Shown here piece after piece: positions 8,291 through 17,446 of a stretch of 64,000 nt of DNA; positions within the stretch are counted from its first letter, which is position 1, and each line of letters begins with the position of its first letter. The translations under genes and the position numbers were made by a program. The stretch spans positions 1 to 64,000 of the IMG/VR virus record IMGVR_UViG_3300047325_000170; one strand, given 5' to 3'. This stretch comes from a virus. Under the pieces are notes generated by a model. That model was not told the DNA's origin, searched no databases, and worked only from the letters and a program-made list of their open reading frames with translations.

Positions 8291-9020
8291 ACGCCTTTGC
8301 AAGTGCGAGAACGCGATCAACCCCAAAGTTCTTGGGGCCGTCGTACACCAAGGTCGCACCGGGGTATGAACCCCAGACTTCCCCAACGACGTTCGAACAC
8401 AACAGGATGTGATTGGCCCCAACCGCATGTGTGAGGCGCGAGATCCCATTGTCGATGGTGATCACGCACTTCGCCTTGGAAAGCACGGCTGCGACGTCTT
8501 GCAGGGAATGACCAAGGTAGTAGTCGATGCCTTCGAAGGGCTGAGCTTCATCCGCGCTGCCGACCATACAGACTGAGCCGGGTAGCTGCGGGATGAGCTT
8601 GCGCCACTCATCGAGGGGCCACATGCGCACGCCATTGGCGCGGCTCATGGCGGAGATCACGTAGTCGTAGGCCGGGTGCTCGTCCTTGACCTCAAACTCG
8701 ATCTCGGGCTGGATGGCCCGCTCGTTCGGCGGGGTCTCGTTGTAGAGCTTGAAGAACCCGACCGTCGGGTGGAACATGTGCTGGCCACCGCAGCGAGCAA
8801 AGACGGTTGAGATATCGAGCTTCACGCAGGTGTGAGCGGTGGAACCGGTCATCTCCCAGACGGGTCGGATCCCGTACTTCTTGGGGATCAGGTTCGCGAC
8901 GTCCCAGTTCTTCATCGTGAGGAAGCAGGTGCCGGCTGGTTGCTTCTTCGCGAGGTGGATCATAAAGGGGATGGTCATTAAGCTATCGCCAAGGAGGCCT
9001 TCCTCGTTCACAATAAGCAC
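8283..9020 (-). CDS. Glycosyltransferase family 9 (heptosyltransferase-like)
   Basis: N-terminal GLLGDSLMTIP, then RMWPLDEW and SLQDVAAVLSKAKCVITIDNGISRL (GT9 D-S/N-G-x2-H-like motif). Confidence 0.8.
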   Translation of the reverse strand: MLIVNEEGLLGDSLMTIPFMIHLAKKQPAGTCFLTMKNWDVANLIPKKYGIRPVWEMTGSTAHTCVKLDISTVFARCGGQHMFHPTVGFFKLYNETPPNERAIQPEIEFEVKDEHPAYDYVISAMSRANGVRMWPLDEWRKLIPQLPGSVCMVGSADEAQPFEGIDYYLGHSLQDVAAVLSKAKCVITIDNGISRLTHAVGANHILLCSNVVGEVWGSYPGATLVYDGPKNFGVDRVLALAKAYV

Positions 9021-9033
9021 TACGTATTACCAA

Positions 9034-9303
9034 CTAACAAAGGGGGTCTCCTAAGAAACGGTAGACGTGCTGGAGGATGGGTGCAAGCTCGGGAGGGAGC
9101 TCTTCATCGTCCTCGTCGATGAACTGTTGGGACAGGGCGTAGTCGACGCAGTCCAGGAGGGCAAAGCTGACCGCCCGTATCCGTTCCTGCTCGTCTGTCT
9201 TGTAGTTGGCTTCGATAGCCGCCGCGTGCTGTGCTAGGCGGATGAGCTCTGGATCAACCACTCGTGGTCTTTCTGCGGCATCTCGATGAGGAAACAGCCC
9301 CAC
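9034..9303 (-). CDS. Hypothetical protein
   Basis: 89-aa ORF that fills the gap in the operon; acidic composition. Confidence 0.55.
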   Translation of the reverse strand: MGLFPHRDAAERPRVVDPELIRLAQHAAAIEANYKTDEQERIRAVSFALLDCVDYALSQQFIDEDDEELPPELAPILQHVYRFLGDPLC

Positions 9304-9360
9304 GATTCAACCATGGCATAGCGCTCGACGGGGCTGAGGGCTTGCAAGAGATTCTCTCCC

Positions 9361-10014
9361 TCAGAGGGCAGTGTAATAGCCATGAATCCGGCTCCTTAAG
9401 AGGTCACCGTTCGCCATCCGTTGCTCGTCGGTGGGAACTTGCCCGGCCGGGAGTGGCTCGAAGACCCCAAGGTCCCAACGCTCGTCATCGTAGCTGTCAT
9501 ACATCGCCGCCTCGGCATGCGTGATGACGTAGGGCTCAGCTTCGGTGTCGACCGTGTCGCCATTATTATCCACGTGCTGGGTCCGTTGCTCGTAGCTTAC
9601 TTGACCCAGGGGGTCAAGGTCGTACTTCTTGCAGAGCGCCGCTGCGCCAGCGCAGAGGTAGTCGACTTCGTGGACCTGGATAGGTTCCGTCCCGAAGTCT
9701 TGGTAGGTCGCATTGACCATCCCGGTGATAGAGATCCCCACCGCGTTCGTGTTGCGATGCCAGGTGTGGCTCGCCTCATAAGGAGGTCCCTTCACCTGAT
9801 CGCGGGGGTCGTGGGTGATCTCAAGCTGCCAGGCACTGCCCGCCAGCACCACGCAGACGTTGTAGTCCGGATAGGGCGTGCAGTAGTCTTGAGCGGTCCA
9901 ATGCAAATAGCAGCGGGTAATCCCACCCGCAGAGATCTCTGGGAGATCTGCGAGGAGGGTTTTCCCAGCCGCTAGCGCCTCTGCTGCCAGGGGCGCCTCT
10001 GCATTGAAGATCAC
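9361..10014 (-). CDS. Endolysin, N-acetylmuramoyl-L-alanine amidase (Amidase_2-like)
   Basis: YLHWTA, SHTWHRNTNAVGIS, ITHAEAA and ERWDL motifs of Zn-dependent amidases; lies between holin-like genes. Confidence 0.85.
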   Translation of the reverse strand: MIFNAEAPLAAEALAAGKTLLADLPEISAGGITRCYLHWTAQDYCTPYPDYNVCVVLAGSAWQLEITHDPRDQVKGPPYEASHTWHRNTNAVGISITGMVNATYQDFGTEPIQVHEVDYLCAGAAALCKKYDLDPLGQVSYEQRTQHVDNNGDTVDTEAEPYVITHAEAAMYDSYDDERWDLGVFEPLPAGQVPTDEQRMANGDLLRSRIHGYYTAL

Positions 10015-10211
10015 TCAGGCCACAGCCCGACCGTGATGCTGAGGGCATCCCCAAGCTTGAGGGATGCCCCAAGACTTGGCGGAACGACGGCTTGGAAGCT
10101 CATCGAGTTCGCCCCTTCGCCCTTTTGGAGGGCAACGAGGGCGTAGTTGCCATCAAGCATTTCGAGCCTGACGACGGTGGCTTTGTAGAGAGTGGGCTCA
10201 ACTGAGTCCAT
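10011..10211 (-). CDS. Hypothetical protein (small beta-barrel-like)
   Basis: 66 aa with AGGA RBS and GTGA overlap with the amidase. Confidence 0.6.
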   Translation of the reverse strand: MDSVEPTLYKATVVRLEMLDGNYALVALQKGEGANSMSFQAVVPPSLGASLKLGDALSITVGLWPE

Positions 10212-10247
10212 AAGACATCCTAGAACGAGCTAGGTTCTTGCTGTCTT

Positions 10248-10277
10248 ATCTTACCAGTTAATCATCCTCGAACTCAA
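10248..10277 (-). promoter_or_regulatory. Sigma70-type promoter candidate upstream of the amidase operon
   Basis: Minus strand TTGAGT-N18-TAAGAT with extended TG. The same 10-mer TGGTAAGATA recurs at 38315-38324. Confidence 0.5.
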
Positions 10278-10428
10278 GGGTAACGTGGTACTTGTCACCC
10301 AACTTATCAACCTGTCGAATGACCTTTGCGATTGCCTCGACTGCCCAGAAGTCCAACCAGAAAACCTGACCCTCCTGGTCCTGGATCATCCAACGATCCG
10401 GACCGGTGAAGACCCGCACCTGCGCCAT
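10258..10428 (-). CDS. Hypothetical 56-aa protein
   Basis: Not in the ORF track. GAGGAG-N5-ATG; MAQVRVFTGPDRWMIQDQEGQVFWLDFWAVEAIAKVIRQVDKLGDKYHVTLEFEDD. Confidence 0.65.
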   Translation of the reverse strand: MAQVRVFTGPDRWMIQDQEGQVFWLDFWAVEAIAKVIRQVDKLGDKYHVTLEFEDD

Positions 10429-10455
10429 GTGAGCTCCTCAAAGGGGGTAGGTACA

Positions 10456-10749
10456 CTAGCGGTGGAGCAGGGGCAGGACGTCTCCGAAGAGCACGAAGAG
10501 CCCCGCGATAAGCGCGATTCCGAAGGCCGCAAAGCCTCCGACAATCATCCGCCACTGGACCTTGACGGAGTCTTCAACATCCTTGACGTCGCTGACATGA
10601 TCTTCTTTGCTCACGTAGATCCCCGGCATGTCTTCAAGCTTCTTGGCGATCTTCTCGAGGAGATTGTCTTGCCGCGCAAGCACCGCGTCTTGGGCGTGGA
10701 GCTGACCCTTAATTTGGGCCAGCTGAACGGGAACCGATTCTTCATCCAT
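10456..10749 (-). CDS. Putative holin / XhlA-like membrane protein
   Basis: N-terminal coiled coil plus one C-terminal TM helix (MIVGGFAAFGIALIAGLFVLF); directly follows the tail fibre gene. Confidence 0.65.
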   Translation of the reverse strand: MDEESVPVQLAQIKGQLHAQDAVLARQDNLLEKIAKKLEDMPGIYVSKEDHVSDVKDVEDSVKVQWRMIVGGFAAFGIALIAGLFVLFGDVLPLLHR

Positions 10750-10751
10750 CG

Positions 10752-12839
10752 TTAGTACACGTATTGGCTGACGTCAATTGACACGCTGATTCCCGCCGCC
10801 GTTCCCAGAGTAGTTAAGATCGCTTGCACGTAGTCACCCTGGTTGATAACAACCGGTGAACCAAGAGTTGTGAGACCGGTGATCTGGCTGCTCGTGAGCG
10901 CCACCGTCCCTATCGACGAACCGTTCTTAAAGATGGTCGCTGTCGTCGCCGTTGAGCTATCGGCATTCGTTGCTGTGATGTGGAAGGCTTCGATCTTCCC
11001 ACCGTGGTAATTGGGGAAGGCGATCACCGGGAAGTTATTGGCATTGGCTGAAGCGGGACCGACCGTTGAGCCTAAGAAGAGCGACTGCAGGACGCGCCAG
11101 TTGCTGATGATCTGGCCGCCCGACGTCTGGACCACGTTCGTTAAGATCAGTGGTCCATGAGTCGCACTTCCCGAGCACACGAGGCTTGTCGTATTCACGG
11201 CAGTCGCCGAGAGGACGCCCACGCTTGCGCTCGCCGCAGAGATCTTCGAGCTGCTCAGGACATTGACGCTCCCTGAGCCGGCGACCACGAGCGAGGGTGA
11301 GGTAACGGCGGATGTCGCGGTCAGTGAGGCGGCCGTTGCACCGCCGACGATAGTTGCATTCGTCGGTCCGTAGGTTGATGATCCGAGCGCCAGTCCCGTG
11401 GCTGAGAGAACCCCGTAGATGCTCGTTGCGCCCGTGAACGTGAAGCTGTTCGTGTAGGTCATGCCGAAGTCTAGCTGACCATTTACGACAGGATTGTTTC
11501 CCAGGTTGATCCAGCCAGATCCCGGATTTGAGCCAGAGTAGAGGGTCGTATTAAAGAAGCCGATGTTGGCGGTGAGATGATTGTTGACGACGACGCCCGC
11601 CGACCCACTAAAGGTGGCGGTTCCGGGCCCAAACTGCGCCCAGCTCCCCGATGGCCCGAAGGTAATCGTTGAGAGGTTCGTGTTCGGGGATCCAATGAGG
11701 ATTGACTGACCTTCCTTGGCTCCAAGGACAAGGCCACCCGAGGCATTGACGCCGACACCGCCATAGCTTGATGTGGTCGGGATGGGGCCAAGCGAGAGGT
11801 TGTCGATGACAATCGCGCTGCCGCCAAGAAAGTTGATCGCCCCATTGACAGTGAGTGGCTGCGAGAGGTAAAACCCACTGGACTCGTCAAGATTCCAGGA
11901 GAGGTACGCCGATGAGCCAGCGCCACCAAAGCCAATCTTACCAACCGTGGGCGCGCTCGATGCCGAGCGACTCACGGCAATGTCCGAGCCGACCGTCAGT
12001 GCTCCGTTCACGTTCGCGGCCGTCGGTCCGTAGTACGACGAACCCGTGGAGTAGCCTACACTGCCAATCGTTCCGAATGCCGAGGACGAGACGGTATTGC
12101 CGAACGTGACCAGCCCACCTGCGCTCGGCGAGAGAACGGTCGTGTTCGTGCCGTTCGAAGAGAGCAGCGCTTCGCCACCCGCGTAGACCAACAGGTTACC
12201 GCTGAAGTTCAGGCTTGCGGTACCCGTCGATGAGAGCGTGACCGTTGAGAAGGTGGGGTTCAGGGAGAACGAGCCACCGAGAGCGGCGACGATCTGCGTC
12301 CCGATGTAGCTCTGAATGTTCGTTGAAGGGTTGGAGCTATTGATCGCGATCAGGTTGCCGTAGAGGGGTTGCGCGCCACCGATCTCATAGTAGGATGCCG
12401 GTGCATAGGAGGTCGTCGCGAGGGCTGAGGCGCCCGCGACCGCCGTGTCGATGTAGTTCTTGATCGAGACGTTGGGGGATGACAGTGACACCGAGACACT
12501 ATCACCGTAGAGCGGATCAGAGCCACCGATGCTGTGGGTCGGTGCGTGGGCCTGTGGGGGTCCCGCCGTGAGGTGCACCGTGGGGTCGGCGATGTGGTCG
12601 GCGAGCGTCTTCCAGTAGCCCCGGTGGGGGTAGGTGGGGTTGACGACCGTGACCTGAGATCCAGCGAACTGCTGCCCTGTGGCGAAGGTAACCGGTCCGC
12701 CCAGTGCCCCACCCACCAGCGGCAAGAACTGGGTGACGTAGGCCTCGATGTTCTGCTGGAGCTGGACGAAAAGGGAGCTTGAGACCGCGGTCTGCGTGTC
12801 GGTCGGGTAGAGAATCGAGAATTGGGGGATCGCTGCCAT
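10752..12839 (-). CDS. Tail fibre protein
   Basis: 695 aa, Gly/Ser/Thr-rich. Fibre signatures FLPLVGGALGGPVTF, LADHIADPTVH and HAPTHSIGGSDPL; C-terminal beta-sandwich. Confidence 0.75.
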   Translation of the reverse strand: MAAIPQFSILYPTDTQTAVSSSLFVQLQQNIEAYVTQFLPLVGGALGGPVTFATGQQFAGSQVTVVNPTYPHRGYWKTLADHIADPTVHLTAGPPQAHAPTHSIGGSDPLYGDSVSVSLSSPNVSIKNYIDTAVAGASALATTSYAPASYYEIGGAQPLYGNLIAINSSNPSTNIQSYIGTQIVAALGGSFSLNPTFSTVTLSSTGTASLNFSGNLLVYAGGEALLSSNGTNTTVLSPSAGGLVTFGNTVSSSAFGTIGSVGYSTGSSYYGPTAANVNGALTVGSDIAVSRSASSAPTVGKIGFGGAGSSAYLSWNLDESSGFYLSQPLTVNGAINFLGGSAIVIDNLSLGPIPTTSSYGGVGVNASGGLVLGAKEGQSILIGSPNTNLSTITFGPSGSWAQFGPGTATFSGSAGVVVNNHLTANIGFFNTTLYSGSNPGSGWINLGNNPVVNGQLDFGMTYTNSFTFTGATSIYGVLSATGLALGSSTYGPTNATIVGGATAASLTATSAVTSPSLVVAGSGSVNVLSSSKISAASASVGVLSATAVNTTSLVCSGSATHGPLILTNVVQTSGGQIISNWRVLQSLFLGSTVGPASANANNFPVIAFPNYHGGKIEAFHITATNADSSTATTATIFKNGSSIGTVALTSSQITGLTTLGSPVVINQGDYVQAILTTLGTAAGISVSIDVSQYVY

Positions 12840-12912
12840 AGGAAGCTCCTAGCAGAGGCTCAGGCCTTGCCTTCCTTGATAGTACCGCCGGCTCTTGGGG
12901 CCGGGCCTCGCC

Positions 12913-14199
12913 TTAGCTGGTGCCGGCCTGGAGTTGGACGGGCAGGTAGACAGGATAGTACTGGAGCTGGATCTGCTCGACGACCGGCAGGATCCCGGAG
13001 CCAGGCTGGAGCTGGACCTGGACGTAGACCGTCTGGACGAAGCCGGGGAGCACGTCACCCACGTTGAAGGGCACGACGTCCCCTGAGGGGTTGACGTAGA
13101 AGAGGGAGAGCGTCGCCCCATTGACGACCGGCCCCACGCCCGTGACATAGCGGAAGAAGTTATTGGCCAGGCTGAAGGGCACGAGCACGAGCGAGGGGTT
13201 CTGGTTGAAGGTCATGTAGCCAAAGTCAAGGACTGCCGCCCCCGTCACGAAGGCCTGAAGCCCCGGTGTAAGGACGAGGTTCGGGTTGCTCTGGCGGAAG
13301 GTGATGTCGATGGAGACGACCGGCGTATCGGGAAAGAGCAAGCGTGTTTTGCCCGCCGCAGCGAGGGGAATGATATTCCCTAAGTCGTCAACGGGAAGGA
13401 GTTGGATGGAAGCTGAGCCCGGTGCCCCGTAGAGCACGATGGAGGTGATATCGATTCCATACTCGGGGTAGGGATGAATCGTCACGTAGTTGCAGAGCAA
13501 GTTGTTGACGTACTGTTCAGGGGTCGTCAGCGTCACGGTCGTGAGGACTTCGGAGATCTGCTGGTTTGCGCTGAAGTACACATTCTGGCGCCAGTAGGTC
13601 GTCGCATCTCCATCGACTGCGGCGCTGATGTCATTACTGACGGTCGAGAAGGGAGAGATCGTCGGTGAGACAACCGGTGATCCAACGCTCGCCACATTGG
13701 GCGGGGTGACAATTTGCTGGCTAATGAGGTCAACAACGTAGGCCTTGGAGACCGGTGCCACCGCAAGCGACGGGATGATCTGTCCGTACTCTGGCGCGTA
13801 GACCGCACGGGACTGCGCGGCGAGGGGAGCCGAGGCAGGGAAGAATGAGGGGAAGCCGCCGTAGGAGACCTGCGAAGCGAAAAGGCTCTGGACGAGCGTG
13901 ACCGAGGCACCCTTGTTGAGAGCGTTCGGATTGCCGAAGCCGAGGAGGCTTGCGTAGTTCGTCTGGATAGCGTTGAGGAGATCTTCGGCCGCGGCGAGGG
14001 CCTGGAGGATCGTTGCATACTGGTTGGAGAGGATCTCGTTTGTGAGGTTCGTGGCGTTGAGCTGCTCTTGCAGTGCCTGATACGCCGTCACAAGGTCGTT
14101 ATACGCTGCTCGTGAGAAGTCGTTGAACTGTTTGGAGTTCGACGGCCCACGGAACTTGGCGTTGAAGGGTGCGGTCGTCGGGACAATCTGGTTTGCCAT
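12913..14199 (-). CDS. Virion structural protein (baseplate/fibre-associated)
   Basis: 428 aa. N-terminal FRGPSNSKQFNDF...YNDL helical motif and a discoidin-like AVDGDATTYW segment. Confidence 0.65.
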   Translation of the reverse strand: MANQIVPTTAPFNAKFRGPSNSKQFNDFSRAAYNDLVTAYQALQEQLNATNLTNEILSNQYATILQALAAAEDLLNAIQTNYASLLGFGNPNALNKGASVTLVQSLFASQVSYGGFPSFFPASAPLAAQSRAVYAPEYGQIIPSLAVAPVSKAYVVDLISQQIVTPPNVASVGSPVVSPTISPFSTVSNDISAAVDGDATTYWRQNVYFSANQQISEVLTTVTLTTPEQYVNNLLCNYVTIHPYPEYGIDITSIVLYGAPGSASIQLLPVDDLGNIIPLAAAGKTRLLFPDTPVVSIDITFRQSNPNLVLTPGLQAFVTGAAVLDFGYMTFNQNPSLVLVPFSLANNFFRYVTGVGPVVNGATLSLFYVNPSGDVVPFNVGDVLPGFVQTVYVQVQLQPGSGILPVVEQIQLQYYPVYLPVQLQAGTS

Positions 14200-15233
14200 T
14201 AGTTATATGCCGCCGCAATCTGTGCGAGGGTATCCCGAAGGTACCGCACCTTGTTGGTTGCCTTGCCAAGTTCGAAGACATTGCGAATCGCGACGGGCAT
14301 CGTTGCTCCGGTCGTAACGATAAAGAAGCGTCGGGAGTGGGGCACTTGCCCGGGAGGCGGTCCCGAGATCTGGGTGACGGAGGAAAGCCAGCCGACGCAG
14401 GGTGCGAGATTGGCGTTCGACCAACTCCAGCTTGTGATATATGGAACTACTCCATCAGAGAGAAAGGCGGGAAAGACCGACGTTGGGACGAGCGTCCCTG
14501 CGGTGTCGGTGATCGTTGCGATAGGGACGTTGAGGACATCGCAGTAGACCGTGAAGGTGTACTGATAGAATCCATTCACGAGGCCGCCGTTTGTCAGGGT
14601 CACCTGGAGATCGTGGGAGCCACCCTGGCTTGTCGTATTGTAGGGCAGCGCCTGCACGAGGGTCGTTGCCACCCCTCCGAGGGTCCGGTAGATCCCACCG
14701 CCACCGTTCGCAAAGCGGACATAGTAACCGTTCCCGAAGCCGTCGACAAAGCCGGGACCACAGCCCCCGTTCCCACTTGCGACGAAGGCACTGAAGAGCA
14801 CGGTGAAGGGTGTCTGCGAGAGATCGAGCGCCGAGGTTGCCATCAGATTCCCGGTATTGACGAGATAGCTTCCGGCGAACTCCCCGCTCTGTTGATAGAC
14901 GAAGGTCGCATTATTGGGAAAGTCCGTTGCCATGCCAAGGCCCGTGACGACCGCATCGATATAGACATCCGAAGCCTGTGGCAAAACCAGGTTCTGATAC
15001 GGAAGATTACCGATCCGCGTATCGATGACGAACTGTCCGGCCGGCAATCCCACCTGCAGCGACGAGGTCGGCAGGACGGGGGTCACGATGGTTGTCTGGT
15101 CGGGATCAAAGGCCGTCGGGAGAGCATTGATCTCCGCATCGATCTGCGTGATGTCATGCACGAAGCCCAGGCGATTCTGGTTGACGTTGAAGGAACTTCC
15201 CGGCCCGTTCTTCGGTGCGGTGTTCGGAAACAT
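14199..15233 (-). CDS. Virion structural protein, possible lectin-like beta-sandwich
   Basis: 344 aa with overlapping stop/start junctions on both sides; beta-rich, low-charge composition. Confidence 0.6.
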   Translation of the reverse strand: MFPNTAPKNGPGSSFNVNQNRLGFVHDITQIDAEINALPTAFDPDQTTIVTPVLPTSSLQVGLPAGQFVIDTRIGNLPYQNLVLPQASDVYIDAVVTGLGMATDFPNNATFVYQQSGEFAGSYLVNTGNLMATSALDLSQTPFTVLFSAFVASGNGGCGPGFVDGFGNGYYVRFANGGGGIYRTLGGVATTLVQALPYNTTSQGGSHDLQVTLTNGGLVNGFYQYTFTVYCDVLNVPIATITDTAGTLVPTSVFPAFLSDGVVPYITSWSWSNANLAPCVGWLSSVTQISGPPPGQVPHSRRFFIVTTGATMPVAIRNVFELGKATNKVRYLRDTLAQIAAAYN

Positions 15234-17446
15234 TAGCTGTACCCCATCGTCACGGTGAAGGTGTTGATCTTCGGTGTCAGGCTCGGTTGCACGGGAGATC
15301 CAGAGAGTTGGGCTTGAATGATGACCGAGGTGGGTGCGGTGACGTCACCCAGTCCTTGGGTTGTGACGTCATAGAGCGTGGTGGGAAGCTCGCGCACGAG
15401 GATCACTTGCTCGGGAAGGGTCCCTTGCTCGCCGGTATATGAGGGATCGACGGCAATCGCATAGCGCGAGTAGTCATTGCGCGCGGTCTGGTATTGAAGC
15501 TCAAAGAGCTGGACTTGCGTCATCGGACCCGAATCAGCATACCAGGTGATCTGCCCGTTATAGGCACAGAGCGTACTGAAGATCGCGGTCCCGAAGTTGA
15601 AGGGCGCCCCGCCAAGACTGTAATAGTTGTTGGTGACGATCTGCACGATATTCTTGCCCGCAACGAGTGGTAAGACGGCTTGGTAGGTGAGCATCCCCGC
15701 GCTTGCAACCGGAGTTGTGGTGGCGGCGGTGACATTGACCTGCGTGCCATTCACGTAGAGCGTGGCTCGTGGCGAGGAGGTCCCGGAGATCGCGAAGATC
15801 TGCGGGAGCGTCACGGTCGTCGCATTGAGACCAGCAAGCACCGAAGGCGCAAGCTGCGAGTTGACAATCAGGGTTGCCTCGAAGAGATGCATGACCTGAT
15901 CGTTGTTCGAGGCGAAGGGGTACTCGATAGCTGGTAAGCGCAAGGCGGAGGCAAGCGCCGGACTGAGGGCTCCGAACTGTTCGAGCGCATCGAACTCCGT
16001 TGGCTGATAGCGGGTGTAGATCTGCGGGTTCGTGCCACGCGGTGAGATAAAGTCCGCAATCGTCGGGGGCGGGTTCTGGATCACGCCCCCGGAGTTGACG
16101 TTATAGTGGTAGCTCTTGACGTGCCAGGCATTGCGTCCACGCCAGACCTGCGCGTCGCCGAACTGAATCGAGGGGTCAATCCGGCAGAGGTTAAAGAGCG
16201 GAGTGCGGCTGCCGCGCACGTTTGCGGTGACGGGAAGATCACCATCGACCGGAGGCCCGGCGGTGCCATTGACGACCGTTGTTGCCGAGACCGACGCCAC
16301 GACGCTGCGCACCGGATAGACGCGCTTCGCGTCCACCGTTGTGAGCGGGTTATACACAAGAGGTGTTCCCGGAACAATCGATCCAAAGGTGCCGCTCGGA
16401 CCCGTCGTCGAGAGCAACCAACTAATGCCACAGTTCGGCGGCACCACTTGGTCTGTTGTCAGGGTGATCGTTCCAATGGGCGCCCCTCCAAAGCTGATGG
16501 GGGCGGAAACGTACGCTGCCGCAGCGACATACTCTTCATAGAAGAGTGAGAAGTTCTTGATCCCGAAGTCGAAGTAGTAGACGCCCCCCTGCACGAGATC
16601 AGCCGCGCTCTTCGAGAGCACGATCTGAACACTTGAGACCGAGGTCGGGGTGAATTCCCACTCTGCTCGGCGACTGATGCCAACGGTCTGCGAGGGCAGG
16701 TTCTGATTCCCGAGGCTCACCGTCACGGTCGTGGCGGAGCCAATGTGTGCGATGAGGAGCGCCTTCGAGACGATCACCGCTGAGGCAGGGCCGGTTAAGG
16801 TCAGGTTGATCGTAAGACTCGCCGAAGTCGTGGCGGATGCAACGCGCACAAAGAAGGGCTCGTTGAGAGCATCGGAAACGATGTTTGCAAGGGTTCCAAC
16901 GACCGATGAGTCCGTTCCACTTGTTGTGTATGAGAGCGTTGCGCTTGTGAGGTCGGCTTTGTAGGTTCGATTCGAGGCCGGCGGAAGCTCGCAGGTATAG
17001 TCTTCGAAATCAATCGCCGCTGTCGTAAGGTCGATGTTTGTTCCCATCAGGGAACCAAAGCTCTCCTGATAGGTGAGGGTGTTATCGACCGAAGCGGCTT
17101 GCAGCTGGGCTGCAACGTCGACAATCCGCTGAGCAACGCGCTCACGCCGCGTCTGCTTATAGTCAAAGTCGCGGATGAGCCGGTTGACGAGATCGATGTT
17201 CTCGTCGTAGAGATCTTCGAGGTCAGACTGAACCTGGCCGACAACCGTATTCATCGGACCGGGATTCGTGACCGACCACATCCCAACGGGAGTAACTTGG
17301 GTCTGTGGGGTGCCTGCAACCCGTCCCCCTAAGACTTCATAGACGCCCGCAATGACGGATTGCACCGATGGGAGCGTCCCCTGAACGAGGAAGTTCTCGA
17401 TGACTTGGTTTGCGATGCGTCCGATCTGCTTGATCCTGATGGCCAT
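15233..17446 (-). CDS. Virion structural (baseplate wedge-type) protein
   Basis: 737 aa. Coiled-coil N-terminus (QSDLEDLYDEN), YYFDFGIKNF and C-terminal LTPKINTFTV, all shared with the two upstream paralogues. Confidence 0.7.
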   Translation of the reverse strand: MAIRIKQIGRIANQVIENFLVQGTLPSVQSVIAGVYEVLGGRVAGTPQTQVTPVGMWSVTNPGPMNTVVGQVQSDLEDLYDENIDLVNRLIRDFDYKQTRRERVAQRIVDVAAQLQAASVDNTLTYQESFGSLMGTNIDLTTAAIDFEDYTCELPPASNRTYKADLTSATLSYTTSGTDSSVVGTLANIVSDALNEPFFVRVASATTSASLTINLTLTGPASAVIVSKALLIAHIGSATTVTVSLGNQNLPSQTVGISRRAEWEFTPTSVSSVQIVLSKSAADLVQGGVYYFDFGIKNFSLFYEEYVAAAAYVSAPISFGGAPIGTITLTTDQVVPPNCGISWLLSTTGPSGTFGSIVPGTPLVYNPLTTVDAKRVYPVRSVVASVSATTVVNGTAGPPVDGDLPVTANVRGSRTPLFNLCRIDPSIQFGDAQVWRGRNAWHVKSYHYNVNSGGVIQNPPPTIADFISPRGTNPQIYTRYQPTEFDALEQFGALSPALASALRLPAIEYPFASNNDQVMHLFEATLIVNSQLAPSVLAGLNATTVTLPQIFAISGTSSPRATLYVNGTQVNVTAATTTPVASAGMLTYQAVLPLVAGKNIVQIVTNNYYSLGGAPFNFGTAIFSTLCAYNGQITWYADSGPMTQVQLFELQYQTARNDYSRYAIAVDPSYTGEQGTLPEQVILVRELPTTLYDVTTQGLGDVTAPTSVIIQAQLSGSPVQPSLTPKINTFTVTMGYS

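Noticed and set aside
8291-8449. N-terminal extension of the 713-aa glycosyltransferase ORF (similarly 3592-3705 for the helicase and 63970-63999 for the sheath)
   Set aside because: The extensions overlap upstream genes or the RBS; coupled or RBS-supported downstream starts fit better.
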